Source: a virus. From it: a DNA stretch of 64,000 bases. A program made the position numbers and the translations under genes. Below the pieces are notes generated by a model. That model was not told where the DNA came from, made no database searches, and saw only the letters and a list, made by a program, of their open reading frames with translations. The stretch covers positions 113,838 to 177,837 of the IMG/VR virus record IMGVR_UViG_3300045974_000283. One strand, written 5' to 3'. Below, one piece after another: positions 1-8,798 of this stretch (positions within the stretch are counted from its first letter, which is position 1; every line of letters begins with the position of its first letter).

Positions 1-423
1 AGGCGCTTCTGCGACGGCCGCGTTCACACGTTCGACATCACGTTCGCCGAGCCAACCACCTACACGCACCTTGAGATCCAGCTGAACAGCGCCCAAAACC
101 AAAAGCTGTTCGACCTACCCAAGACCACTGAGAGCGCTTCTCTGCAAGATCGCCTGGACAAGATGCAGGACTTCTCGGTCCTGTTCTCGCCGATGGTTCC
201 TGTGTTGCACCCCGGCGACCTGCTCGCTGAGACGACATACAACCGCGTCTTGCAGATTCTCAACGTGTCCGGCCAGAACACCGCTCAGCGCTCTGTGCTC
301 GGGTGGACGGCTGAGACCCGTGTGGTGCAACCGCAAGAACTTCTTTCGCTCCTCCCGCGCCACCGCAAGGAGCAACCCAATTCACCGGTTCCCGCGATTC
401 CCCGCCTCAACCGTGATCTTTGA
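1..423 (+). CDS. 5'-truncated hypothetical protein, probably virion-associated
   Basis: Frame 1 is open from base 1 to TGA at 421-423 (RRFCDGRVHTF...RLNRDL); phage-like codon usage; precedes the head module. Confidence 0.7.
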   Translation, partial: RRFCDGRVHTFDITFAEPTTYTHLEIQLNSAQNQKLFDLPKTTESASLQDRLDKMQDFSVLFSPMVPVLHPGDLLAETTYNRVLQILNVSGQNTAQRSVLGWTAETRVVQPQELLSLLPRHRKEQPNSPVPAIPRLNRDL

Positions 424-440
424 CTTCTCAAGAGACAACC

Positions 441-3392
441 ATGACCAAATCCCTTGTCACCGCTGATGACGTGAGCCAAGCAAACCCACGGGCTCTGGAC
501 GATATTCAACAGACCCTTGACCATGTCAACGAGGAGATCGACGCGCTGGAGGTTCAGTTCAAGGCGCAGATGAAGGTTATGTCGGCCCTCATGTTTGAGA
601 TCAATCAGACCGAGACGATGCAGTCGCCCACGCCACGGAGCCTGGCCGACCTCAACATCAAGGTGGAAGACCTCACCAAGCTGACCGAGAGCTACGAGAT
701 CATTGACGGTATGCAGGCCATGCTGAAGACGCTGACGGCCACCGCCTCGCAGCTTCAGGTCATGTTCCCTGGCGACAGCGGCCCGGCCAAGAAGATGCTG
801 TCCGAGACCCTGATCCTGCAGAAGAAGGTCAAGGACCGCATCAACGACGCTGCCAAGTTCATCTCCGGTCTGGCGGCTGACAAGGCCCCCAAGGTGTTCG
901 ACAAGTTCACCGACGGCATCGGCACCCTCATCGCTCGTTGCATCTCCTACGGCGACGTGGAGAATTTCCTCTATATGTTCACCACGAAGGGTGGACAGGT
1001 GGCCTTCGCCCACTACTTCCGCATGCTCCGTGCGGTGGATGAGAACGGCAACGACTTCCCCGAGCTCTACATCGTCATCTCCATGCTCGTCGGTACTGCG
1101 CCCACGTTCTACATGACGACGCTGACCGAGATGGAAACCCCGTCGGAAATCCTCTTCGCCCGTCAGGTGAGCAACCTGCGCGAAGTGGCCCGGAGCCTGC
1201 ACTCGCTGCTCGCCATGGACTCCTTCCAGAACACCATCGGTTCGACTCCTCTGCCGCTTATCATCAAGAAGGAGAAGCTCACGCCGGAGATGTTCAACAG
1301 CGCCGAACACATCGACCGCGTCTATGTGGAAGAGGAACTCGGCACTCTGGTGTTCCGACTGAAGCCCACCATCAAGGACAAGGACAGCGATCTGGCTCGG
1401 TCCATCGTGGCTCAGCTCTACACCGATACCCTGAAGATCGTCAGCAAGTTCAACGGCAAGATGCGCCCGCGCTGCACCGAACGCGACGGCCGCGTCGAAG
1501 TCGTGTTCTGGGCTCAACGCGGAGCTGAGGCCCCTGCCGCTACGGCAGATGACCTGGAAGCCCTCCAGGTCCGTTTCAAGCTCGGTGATGTTGCCACCAA
1601 GAAGATCCTGCGCATCCTCAACCGTGAGAACGCCTCCGTCAAGGTGAAGGCGGCTATGACTGCGCCTGTCCGCAACGTCGTGGACACTCTGATGAAATCC
1701 ATCAAGGGTGGAGACCTGAACGAAGGCAACGGTCAAGTCGGCGACTGGCCGATCGGCGTTGACTTCATGGGTGTCTCAGAAGAACTGATCGCTCAGATCG
1801 ATGCTCAGTTCAAGAAGCTGAAATTCGTTGAAGGCCCCGGTCGGCCCGGAAGCGGTCTGGTCAAGAAATTCAAGAACAAGGAGGGCACCGTCGAGGTCCT
1901 CGTCCACTGCCTGAATCCTCTTGGTGGACAACGCCTGCCCGGCTTCGATCTCCACAAGAACGCTCCGTCGACTGTCGGCATGAGCATCGTGACCGTGGAC
2001 GTCATCAACACGTCGATGGCTGAGCCTGTGACGGCTGCGCGCGTGTCCTCGGCGTCCAAACCCAATTACCGTCCTTGCAGGACTCTGTCCGAACTCTCGG
2101 CGGAACTGCCCGGATCAGAGTGGGATGCCCCCTTGGATCGATACGTCGTGCCCTGCCAGAGCGCTGGCGCTCTGGTGGGAATCGTCCATATGCTCGCTCA
2201 GAAGAACTTCGAGACCTATTACTCGGCGGACGGCAACCGGGTAAACCTCATTGGACCCCACAATTTCCGCGGATCTTTGTTGTGGTACAAGGAAGCTCGT
2301 AAGGTGATGCTCAGCGGAAAGGACATCCGAGGTGACGAGGTCAGCGAACCTACCCACGCGTCCGTCAGCAAGCGCGTCAAGGCCAACGTGTACGAGTGGC
2401 AGATGAAAGCCATCGACGTCGTCAAGAAGGCTTCGCGTTCCAAGGACTGGCAGATGGGCAAGCTGCGCACTCATGACTCAGTGTCGTGGGTCTGTTGCCC
2501 TACCGAGCGCCACCTGAGCGCCGAGATCTGCCTGGACTACGTCGTCATGTTCCTGTCCCAACAGTTCGGCAACCCGGTCTTCAATGAGAATTCCGCTGGG
2601 CAAACCTACAAGTGGACGATGCCCGATGCCACCGACAAGGGCTGCACGAACTTCGTCGTCATCCAGTCTAAGACCGCTGCCAAGGGTTGCCTCACCGCGA
2701 CCTTCGGTCACACGCAGTCCGGCACCCGCCGCATGTCGTCGGTCACAGCCGCTGTCACCAAGACCACCGAGCAAGCTCGCATCAAGGACAACGACGAATA
2801 CATGTGGAGGCAGTACACGGGACCAAGCATCTCGCTGAACTTCCGTGGCAAGCCGCTTCCGCTGGAACGTGGCGAGAAGATCGGCCTGCGCCTGTCCTCG
2901 AATGGCAAGTCCAAGCGCATGGTGATCGAGCGCCTCGGCTTGACCCGTGTGTTCACGCTGGATGAGAATCTTGAAAAGCAACTCATCCCCAATGTGAAGA
3001 TCTGCAAGGCTCCTTCCATGCTCTTCGCCTCCACGGGCAAGAAGCTGACGGCGTCGGGCGAAGCAGCCCGTGCTTCCTACGGCGATGCGCTGGATGATCT
3101 CCAGGACGCGGTGGCCCCGATGAACGCCAAAGCCAAGAAAATGTTTGAGGGCATCAAGCACGGCGTCGGCTCGGACTGGTCGCTGGACTACACGCCCGGC
3201 AACATGGACGAAGACGCAGCGATCGTGTTCAAGAACCTTGGCAACCCCAAGAAGACCTTCACGGTCAACGTGATCATCGACGGCACCTTCTGCGTCGTGA
3301 GCCGTTCCGCGTCCGGTCAGCTGATCTTCAGTCCAAGTCTGAAGTCCGTTGCCGATCTCAACAAACTCATCGGCCCCAAGCTGCTCGGTTAA
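441..3392 (+). CDS. Large modular virion/head protein (candidate polyprotein)
   Basis: 990-aa ORF from 420, likelier start MTKSLV at 441. N-terminal helical region, then about five 100-130 aa modules separated by basic V-x-A-(A/S/N) linkers. Confidence 0.6.
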   Translation: MTKSLVTADDVSQANPRALDDIQQTLDHVNEEIDALEVQFKAQMKVMSALMFEINQTETMQSPTPRSLADLNIKVEDLTKLTESYEIIDGMQAMLKTLTATASQLQVMFPGDSGPAKKMLSETLILQKKVKDRINDAAKFISGLAADKAPKVFDKFTDGIGTLIARCISYGDVENFLYMFTTKGGQVAFAHYFRMLRAVDENGNDFPELYIVISMLVGTAPTFYMTTLTEMETPSEILFARQVSNLREVARSLHSLLAMDSFQNTIGSTPLPLIIKKEKLTPEMFNSAEHIDRVYVEEELGTLVFRLKPTIKDKDSDLARSIVAQLYTDTLKIVSKFNGKMRPRCTERDGRVEVVFWAQRGAEAPAATADDLEALQVRFKLGDVATKKILRILNRENASVKVKAAMTAPVRNVVDTLMKSIKGGDLNEGNGQVGDWPIGVDFMGVSEELIAQIDAQFKKLKFVEGPGRPGSGLVKKFKNKEGTVEVLVHCLNPLGGQRLPGFDLHKNAPSTVGMSIVTVDVINTSMAEPVTAARVSSASKPNYRPCRTLSELSAELPGSEWDAPLDRYVVPCQSAGALVGIVHMLAQKNFETYYSADGNRVNLIGPHNFRGSLLWYKEARKVMLSGKDIRGDEVSEPTHASVSKRVKANVYEWQMKAIDVVKKASRSKDWQMGKLRTHDSVSWVCCPTERHLSAEICLDYVVMFLSQQFGNPVFNENSAGQTYKWTMPDATDKGCTNFVVIQSKTAAKGCLTATFGHTQSGTRRMSSVTAAVTKTTEQARIKDNDEYMWRQYTGPSISLNFRGKPLPLERGEKIGLRLSSNGKSKRMVIERLGLTRVFTLDENLEKQLIPNVKICKAPSMLFASTGKKLTASGEAARASYGDALDDLQDAVAPMNAKAKKMFEGIKHGVGSDWSLDYTPGNMDEDAAIVFKNLGNPKKTFTVNVIIDGTFCVVSRSASGQLIFSPSLKSVADLNKLIGPKLLG

Positions 3393-3404
3393 GGACTTCT
3401 GATC

Positions 3405-4922
3405 GTGCCCCAATCCTCTGTCACCCAAATCTTCGTCAAGGACCTCGTCCCCAAGACAATCACACTCCTGGGTGACGCGGTCCTGGCCGACGACGAGACC
3501 TTCGTCTCCTGCAACCTTTCCACACTGACGCCTACCACGAGCCCTCCTCTGGCTCTCGTCGGCAGTCCAATTTTCGCGGGCGACTTCCGTTCCGTCGCCA
3601 TCGACCTCACTGGCGGAACCCTCGGCACGACCTACGCGGTCAACTTCGAGCTGCAAACTGACGCCGCCCGGACAGTGATCATCACGGCGGCGGTGCTCGT
3701 CCAGCAGAACCTGATCTACCCGTACACGCAACCCGCACCGTCAGCGTTCCAGACGCTGATCGACTCCATCCAAGCGGGCGACGCGGCCTCCGGCAAGGCG
3801 TTCTTCATCATGCCCACGGGCTCCACGCCTGCGGCCTCGGGCTACGTCACCTGGGACCTGGTTGATGTTCAAGGCACCGTCTTGGCGATGGGCAACGCCT
3901 ACGACTACGTCTACACGGCCGGAAGCTTCAGCGACACCGTCGAAGCGAACGCTATCGTCGCGATCCCGTCCACGGTGCCGCCTACCGAGCAGAACAGCCG
4001 CTATCAACTGCGGTGGACGCTGAATATCTCCGGTTCGGCCCCGGTTGTTTCGTACGAGAACATCCGTGTGCTCGGTCTCGGCAACTCCGAGATCGGTCTC
4101 GGTTCACCTGATCTTGTGGAGATCCTTGGTGACGTCGCCCGTGCGGAACTGATCGTTGATCGTCCGTTCCCCGTTGTCTCCTTGGAGCTTTACCAATTTG
4201 ATACAAAGGTGCTCGGGCCTCTCACCGTTCCCGCTGGTCAGCCTGTCTCTTCGGGCTGGCACTACGCTACGGACGTCGCCCTGAACTCGGCTTTCGTCGC
4301 CTCGCTCGATCCGTACTCGGTCATCTGGCGGTGCGGCAACAACGCTCAGTCCTCGTCCTACTCCGAGCGCGTCAGCTCGAAGCTGTTCGTGGTGAGCCCA
4401 TCAATGCTGCAAGCGGTGGACGACATCCGCTCGTTCGTGGCGAAGTCGCGCTCCACGCTCCGGGTGCAACACGACATCATGTTCGACCACGCGACGGTGA
4501 TGACTTGGCTGCGTCGTGGCCGCGACTGGTTCAACGCTGCGGGCGGCATCGTCACCGAGTTCAACATGACCCGTGCTACCGGGGCGATGCGCGAGTTCTG
4601 GCTGCGCTACGCTGAGGTCGCTGCCCTGCAAGCGCAATACCTTGCTGAAGGTGAGAAGACCTTCGAGTTCTCCGGACAGGACATCACCTTGAGCGTTGAC
4701 CACGCTCAGTACTACGAGTCCATGGCGAACACCATCCGTGACGGCATCGCCGATGCGGTCAAGGATTTCAAGAAGTTTGTCCAGATCAAAGGCGTCTCGG
4801 GCGGTGACGGTGATATGACCGGAATCAGCGCGGGAACCTTCGGTCACATGGGCGGCGTCGGCCTGTCCCGAAACGTCCTCTCTCCTCGGTTCCCTGGACC
4901 GAACAACCGTTACAACTATTGA
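3405..4922 (+). CDS. Virion structural protein, possible neck/head-tail adaptor
   Basis: 505 aa; beta-rich N-terminal part; C-terminal helical region (ALQAQYLAEGEKTFEFSGQDITLSVD) recalls adaptor proteins; head-module context. Confidence 0.4.
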   Translation: MPQSSVTQIFVKDLVPKTITLLGDAVLADDETFVSCNLSTLTPTTSPPLALVGSPIFAGDFRSVAIDLTGGTLGTTYAVNFELQTDAARTVIITAAVLVQQNLIYPYTQPAPSAFQTLIDSIQAGDAASGKAFFIMPTGSTPAASGYVTWDLVDVQGTVLAMGNAYDYVYTAGSFSDTVEANAIVAIPSTVPPTEQNSRYQLRWTLNISGSAPVVSYENIRVLGLGNSEIGLGSPDLVEILGDVARAELIVDRPFPVVSLELYQFDTKVLGPLTVPAGQPVSSGWHYATDVALNSAFVASLDPYSVIWRCGNNAQSSSYSERVSSKLFVVSPSMLQAVDDIRSFVAKSRSTLRVQHDIMFDHATVMTWLRRGRDWFNAAGGIVTEFNMTRATGAMREFWLRYAEVAALQAQYLAEGEKTFEFSGQDITLSVDHAQYYESMANTIRDGIADAVKDFKKFVQIKGVSGGDGDMTGISAGTFGHMGGVGLSRNVLSPRFPGPNNRYNY

Positions 4923-4936
4923 ACACTGGAACCACC

Positions 4937-5581
4937 ATGAAAATCCCTGCCCAAGTCTCCAAGGCCATCAAGAACGTCAACGAGTACCTCCAGTCTCGGG
5001 GCCTGAAGTGCGATACCTGGAACGGCGCGATGCCGCCCGTTCCACCGAACATCATCATCCAGCCGCTGAAGCCCTACTACACGGTTCAGTTGAACACGTC
5101 TGATGACCAAGGCACCACTTTGCGTGGACTGCGATCCATGATCAAGATGGGATTCGACAAGAGCCCGGCCACGGACTGTCTGTACACAAAGCACACGCCC
5201 GCTGGGACGGTGCAGGTCTGGTACTCGAAGACCAGACCCGGCGTCATCAGCATTGGGGTGCAGATCGAGGACAAGACTCCTGAGTCCGTTCGCTTCTGGA
5301 CGGCCATCAAGCTCCTCCCGGTCTGGAAAGATTCCAAGCCATCGATCAAGCAGAGAGAATCTGTCACGGTGTTTGAACGCGCCTGCGAAGAGTTCCGCGT
5401 GGGCTACGGCTCTGACTTGCTCGCCGTTGCCTTGAAGTACCTGATCGTCAAGGACACCACCGCAATCCGCAAGATCGCGGACACCGAAAATCAGTTCAAC
5501 GAAGAAGCCGGTGAAGCTCCGAGCACTCCAGTTCGATGCGCTCAAGCTCTGTTGCAAGGCGTCTTCGCTTACATCGGTTGA
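4937..5581 (+). CDS. Hypothetical protein
   Basis: ORF with GGAACC-type RBS before ATG 4937; no motif recognised. Confidence 0.7.
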   Translation: MKIPAQVSKAIKNVNEYLQSRGLKCDTWNGAMPPVPPNIIIQPLKPYYTVQLNTSDDQGTTLRGLRSMIKMGFDKSPATDCLYTKHTPAGTVQVWYSKTRPGVISIGVQIEDKTPESVRFWTAIKLLPVWKDSKPSIKQRESVTVFERACEEFRVGYGSDLLAVALKYLIVKDTTAIRKIADTENQFNEEAGEAPSTPVRCAQALLQGVFAYIG

Positions 5582-5593
5582 CCTGGAGCCAAC

Positions 5594-6376
5594 ATGGCCG
5601 ACGCCTTTGACCTTTCCCGTTCCCAGCTCTTCGGCTGGAACAACCCTGCCAAGGGCGCTCGTCATGTGGCGTCGCCCTTCGAGGGCTCTCTGGTTCACGA
5701 CGAAGGCTCTACCTACACGAGCGCTCCGGGCGCGCTGGCCTTCGAAAACGAGCTCGCTGCTATCTCGGACGCCTACCACATCTCTCCGAACCCGGCGGAC
5801 TATTTCTTCCGCCCGGTGCCTGCGATCATCTCGGACATCCCGAATCGCAACGGCATCGGCTTCCCGCTGAAGTCCCTCACCAAGTGGAACGCTCAACAGG
5901 GTAGGCTCGCCTACATGACCTGGAAGGGCAAACCCATGTATGAGGAGCACGGGAAGTATCACCAAGACCCTGAGAACCCGGACATCACCAAAGCCCTCGG
6001 CGTCATCGTGGACGTTTCCCTGCGGCCCCTTCGCGGCTTCGGTGGCAACCGTCTGTGGAAGGTGATGATGCTCGCGGCCCTCGACCGCACTGCCAAGGAA
6101 AAGACCCACACGAAAGACCTCGTGGGGATGGTCGAGCGGCAAGAGGTTAATACCTACAGCATGGGAGCGCTCGTCAGCGCTTACACCTGCTCGATTTGCA
6201 ACTCCGCCATCGGTCGCTGCACTCACGTCGACGAGGAAGACGCCACGTTCTTCCAAGTACAGAACGGCGTGATCGCTCACCGCCTCTGCTGGGACATCGA
6301 GGGCTGCGAACTGTCTGTCGTCATGGACCCCGCTGTCGGTCTCGCTGCCAGTGACTACGTCCGCCTGAAATACTGA
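5594..6376 (+). CDS. Putative prohead (capsid maturation) protease, HK97/assemblin fold with Zn ribbon
   Basis: PNRNG, KPMYEEH (candidate catalytic His), ALGVIVD, TYSMG (candidate catalytic Ser), then CSIC...C-T-H; this pattern is typical of large-phage maturation proteases. Confidence 0.7.
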   Translation: MADAFDLSRSQLFGWNNPAKGARHVASPFEGSLVHDEGSTYTSAPGALAFENELAAISDAYHISPNPADYFFRPVPAIISDIPNRNGIGFPLKSLTKWNAQQGRLAYMTWKGKPMYEEHGKYHQDPENPDITKALGVIVDVSLRPLRGFGGNRLWKVMMLAALDRTAKEKTHTKDLVGMVERQEVNTYSMGALVSAYTCSICNSAIGRCTHVDEEDATFFQVQNGVIAHRLCWDIEGCELSVVMDPAVGLAASDYVRLKY

Positions 6377-6387
6377 CAAGGAACACC

Positions 6388-7134
6388 ATGATCCCGCAAT
6401 ACTTTCTCCCTGTCTCGACGCCGGACAACCGCGTCATCGGAACGGTCCCCATCAGCCTAACCACCTTCGATGGCACCGAGACGAGCGTCACCGTCGGCGA
6501 CGTCGTCTACCCCCTGAAGCGTACTCGGTTCGAGACGCCCCGCGTGCTTGGCAAGATCATCGACTACATGGCGATTGCTGCCACGGTGACCGAAGAGCGC
6601 GCTGGCCGCTTCAAGAACTTCGCCAACTACGTCGCTCAGCAGTACGACCAGATTTGGATTCCGCTGAACAGCACGGTCAACGACCGGATGCAGACCAAGG
6701 GCGACCTGACCAAGCTGCTCGAAGGCATTCGCAAGTCATCGGCGACGTCCACTCCCGGCGTCTCGGTGCCCACACCCGGCGACCTCGCTGTGTCGTGGTA
6801 TGGCAACGCACCGTTCGCCAACACGCCTCAGCAAACCTTCCTGGACCTCACTTGGGCTGCTCTGCTCGGCGTGTCCTCGGTGGATGTTCCGGCAATCGCT
6901 TCGGTCACGCTCGGCGACCTGTCCAGCCATCCCGGTTCGACCATCGACCTCCGTGCGGCGCTGGTATATCCGTCTGGCAACCCAACGATCCCCGGAGCGC
7001 CCGTTGCCACGCGAGTTCGCATCATGCGCCTGCGCCCCTCTGGTGTGACACCCGGCGACTACGTCTGGCCGCTGACGCTGACTTCCCCCACGGGTGACAC
7101 CGTGACCATTACGATCACCCTGACCGTTGTCTGA
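6388..7134 (+). CDS. Virion protein with C-terminal Ig-like beta domain
   Basis: Thr/Val/Pro-rich C-terminus (GDYVWPLTLTSPTGDTVTITITLTVV) typical of Ig-like decoration domains. Confidence 0.5.
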   Translation: MIPQYFLPVSTPDNRVIGTVPISLTTFDGTETSVTVGDVVYPLKRTRFETPRVLGKIIDYMAIAATVTEERAGRFKNFANYVAQQYDQIWIPLNSTVNDRMQTKGDLTKLLEGIRKSSATSTPGVSVPTPGDLAVSWYGNAPFANTPQQTFLDLTWAALLGVSSVDVPAIASVTLGDLSSHPGSTIDLRAALVYPSGNPTIPGAPVATRVRIMRLRPSGVTPGDYVWPLTLTSPTGDTVTITITLTVV

Positions 7135-7142
7135 GGACCACC

Positions 7143-7745
7143 ATGAGCATTCAAGTTTACGCGACGCGAGTCGTCGCTGCAGATTCCTCACTGAAGGACG
7201 CTGCGATCCAAGCGATGCTGTACCAGATGCGTCATGAGATGATGGCAAGCGCTATCACCCTCAAGAAGTTTTGTCAGCGTGGATTTGTTGAAGACGTCCT
7301 CGATGATGCGGCTCTTGTGGACGGCGGTCCCTTGAGTGTCGTTGCCAAGGATCCGTCTCTGAGAAAATCTTTTCTGGCAATACCTTTCGCCAAGTGGGAC
7401 GAGTTCTACAAGAAGAAGTTCTCAGGAAACCTATCTTTCAAGGGTCTTCTGAAGCCTGAGGTCAAGCTCCTGAAGGAAATCACGTACCGAACGGGCTATA
7501 CCATCGATGTGGAAGCCCTGTCAGGTGCCAACAACTCCAACCCAATCACCCTCAAGGTGATCTCGCCCAACAAGATCGCCATCGGTTCCGGCGGTCGCGG
7601 ATGGGACAGCCCGGTCTTCACTGCGCAAGATCTCGCAAGCCTCGGCATGACCGTCGACTCTGTGAAGGAGATGTTTGCCAGGTTCGGCCTTGGAACCGCG
7701 AAGCGTGAAGTTCAGCGCAAGCCCAAGATGCTCGGTCCCGATTGA
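7143..7745 (+). CDS. Hypothetical (likely head) protein
   Basis: 200 aa, RBS present; N-terminal RVVAAD motif shared with other head-module ORFs. Confidence 0.6.
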   Translation: MSIQVYATRVVAADSSLKDAAIQAMLYQMRHEMMASAITLKKFCQRGFVEDVLDDAALVDGGPLSVVAKDPSLRKSFLAIPFAKWDEFYKKKFSGNLSFKGLLKPEVKLLKEITYRTGYTIDVEALSGANNSNPITLKVISPNKIAIGSGGRGWDSPVFTAQDLASLGMTVDSVKEMFARFGLGTAKREVQRKPKMLGPD

Positions 7746-7759
7746 TACTGGAGCCCACC

Positions 7760-8071
7760 ATGTCCGAAACCACCTTGACCGACGGCTCGCCCGTCACGCC
7801 TGACCACCGCGAGATCAACCCCGCCACGGGTCAACAGAAAGCCTACGTCGTGCTCAGCGACGAGGAACGCGCGAAGGGTTTCATCCGCCCGGTACGTGAC
7901 TCCTATGTCCACAATACCTGCGGCGCTGTGACCAAGATGGGCCGCACCATCGCGGAGACCTACGCCCGCGACCCAAAGTTCTACGCTGGAACGTTCTGCT
8001 GCGTCTGCAGGGCTCACTTCCCGCTGATGCAGTTCAAGTGGGACAACACCGACATCGTTCTCGGAACATGA
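7760..8071 (+). CDS. Small Cys/His (Zn-binding) phage protein
   Basis: VLSDEERAKGFIRPVRDSYVH..CG...TYARDPKFY..TFC..C..HFP; remembered as a widespread phage hypothetical family. Confidence 0.65.
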   Translation: MSETTLTDGSPVTPDHREINPATGQQKAYVVLSDEERAKGFIRPVRDSYVHNTCGAVTKMGRTIAETYARDPKFYAGTFCCVCRAHFPLMQFKWDNTDIVLGT

Positions 8072-8283
8072 CCGATCCCCTGAAGTGCGCTATCGTCATT
8101 GATAGATGGAAGTTTGACATCTTCCATCGGGTGCTCACGCAGTCTGGATACACCTACGAGCATATGCAAGGTCCGGTTCCCAACACGATACTTCTCTCCG
8201 TGCTGACCAACAACGCGGTCGCTCTGAAGGAAGTTGTTACGCGAGCCAACGAAGAAGCCGCCCTCACTTGGAAGACGACATGA
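8068..8283 (+). CDS. Hypothetical protein
   Basis: ATGA-coupled small ORF. Confidence 0.6.
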   Translation: MTDPLKCAIVIDRWKFDIFHRVLTQSGYTYEHMQGPVPNTILLSVLTNNAVALKEVVTRANEEAALTWKTT

Positions 8284-8798
8284 CCAATTCAGGAACCCGC
8301 GTCGTGGCTGCGGAAAACGCCGCGAAGCCCGCCGAACGGGTTCTCCTCCTGTGGGATATCTACTCGCCCACGCTGGAAGCCCGCCTCATCTCCGATCTGC
8401 TACGCCTCATCGGTACGCTGCCTCTAGGCTCGACCGTGTCAGTGATGAAAGGCGCGGCCAAGACGAACGCCGGATCCGTCCAGCGTCTGGTAGAACGTCT
8501 CGGTTTCGAGTTCAGCTACTGGAAGCCCGGTCAGCCCCTCACGGCGATCATGCGGTACTTCAAGGACACCCCGCCTGACCTTCCCGACTACGACTACGGA
8601 ACCGCCGTGTTCGATCGTCCGATGGGCGGTCCTCGGTTCGAGACCACGATGCACACGCCGGACCCCGCGCCGCCCCCTCAGGTCTACGTGCCGATCAACG
8701 ACCCCTATCCCAAGTTCCGCTCGCGTGTCCCTCAAGGCACTCCGTCCACCGGAAACCTTCCGTGGTGGGCATGGACCAATAACGTGGTGATCGAATAA
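8280..8798 (+). CDS. Hypothetical protein
   Basis: ATGA-coupled; starts MTNSGTRVVAAE; Pro-rich C-terminus. Confidence 0.6.
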   Translation: MTNSGTRVVAAENAAKPAERVLLLWDIYSPTLEARLISDLLRLIGTLPLGSTVSVMKGAAKTNAGSVQRLVERLGFEFSYWKPGQPLTAIMRYFKDTPPDLPDYDYGTAVFDRPMGGPRFETTMHTPDPAPPPQVYVPINDPYPKFRSRVPQGTPSTGNLPWWAWTNNVVIE

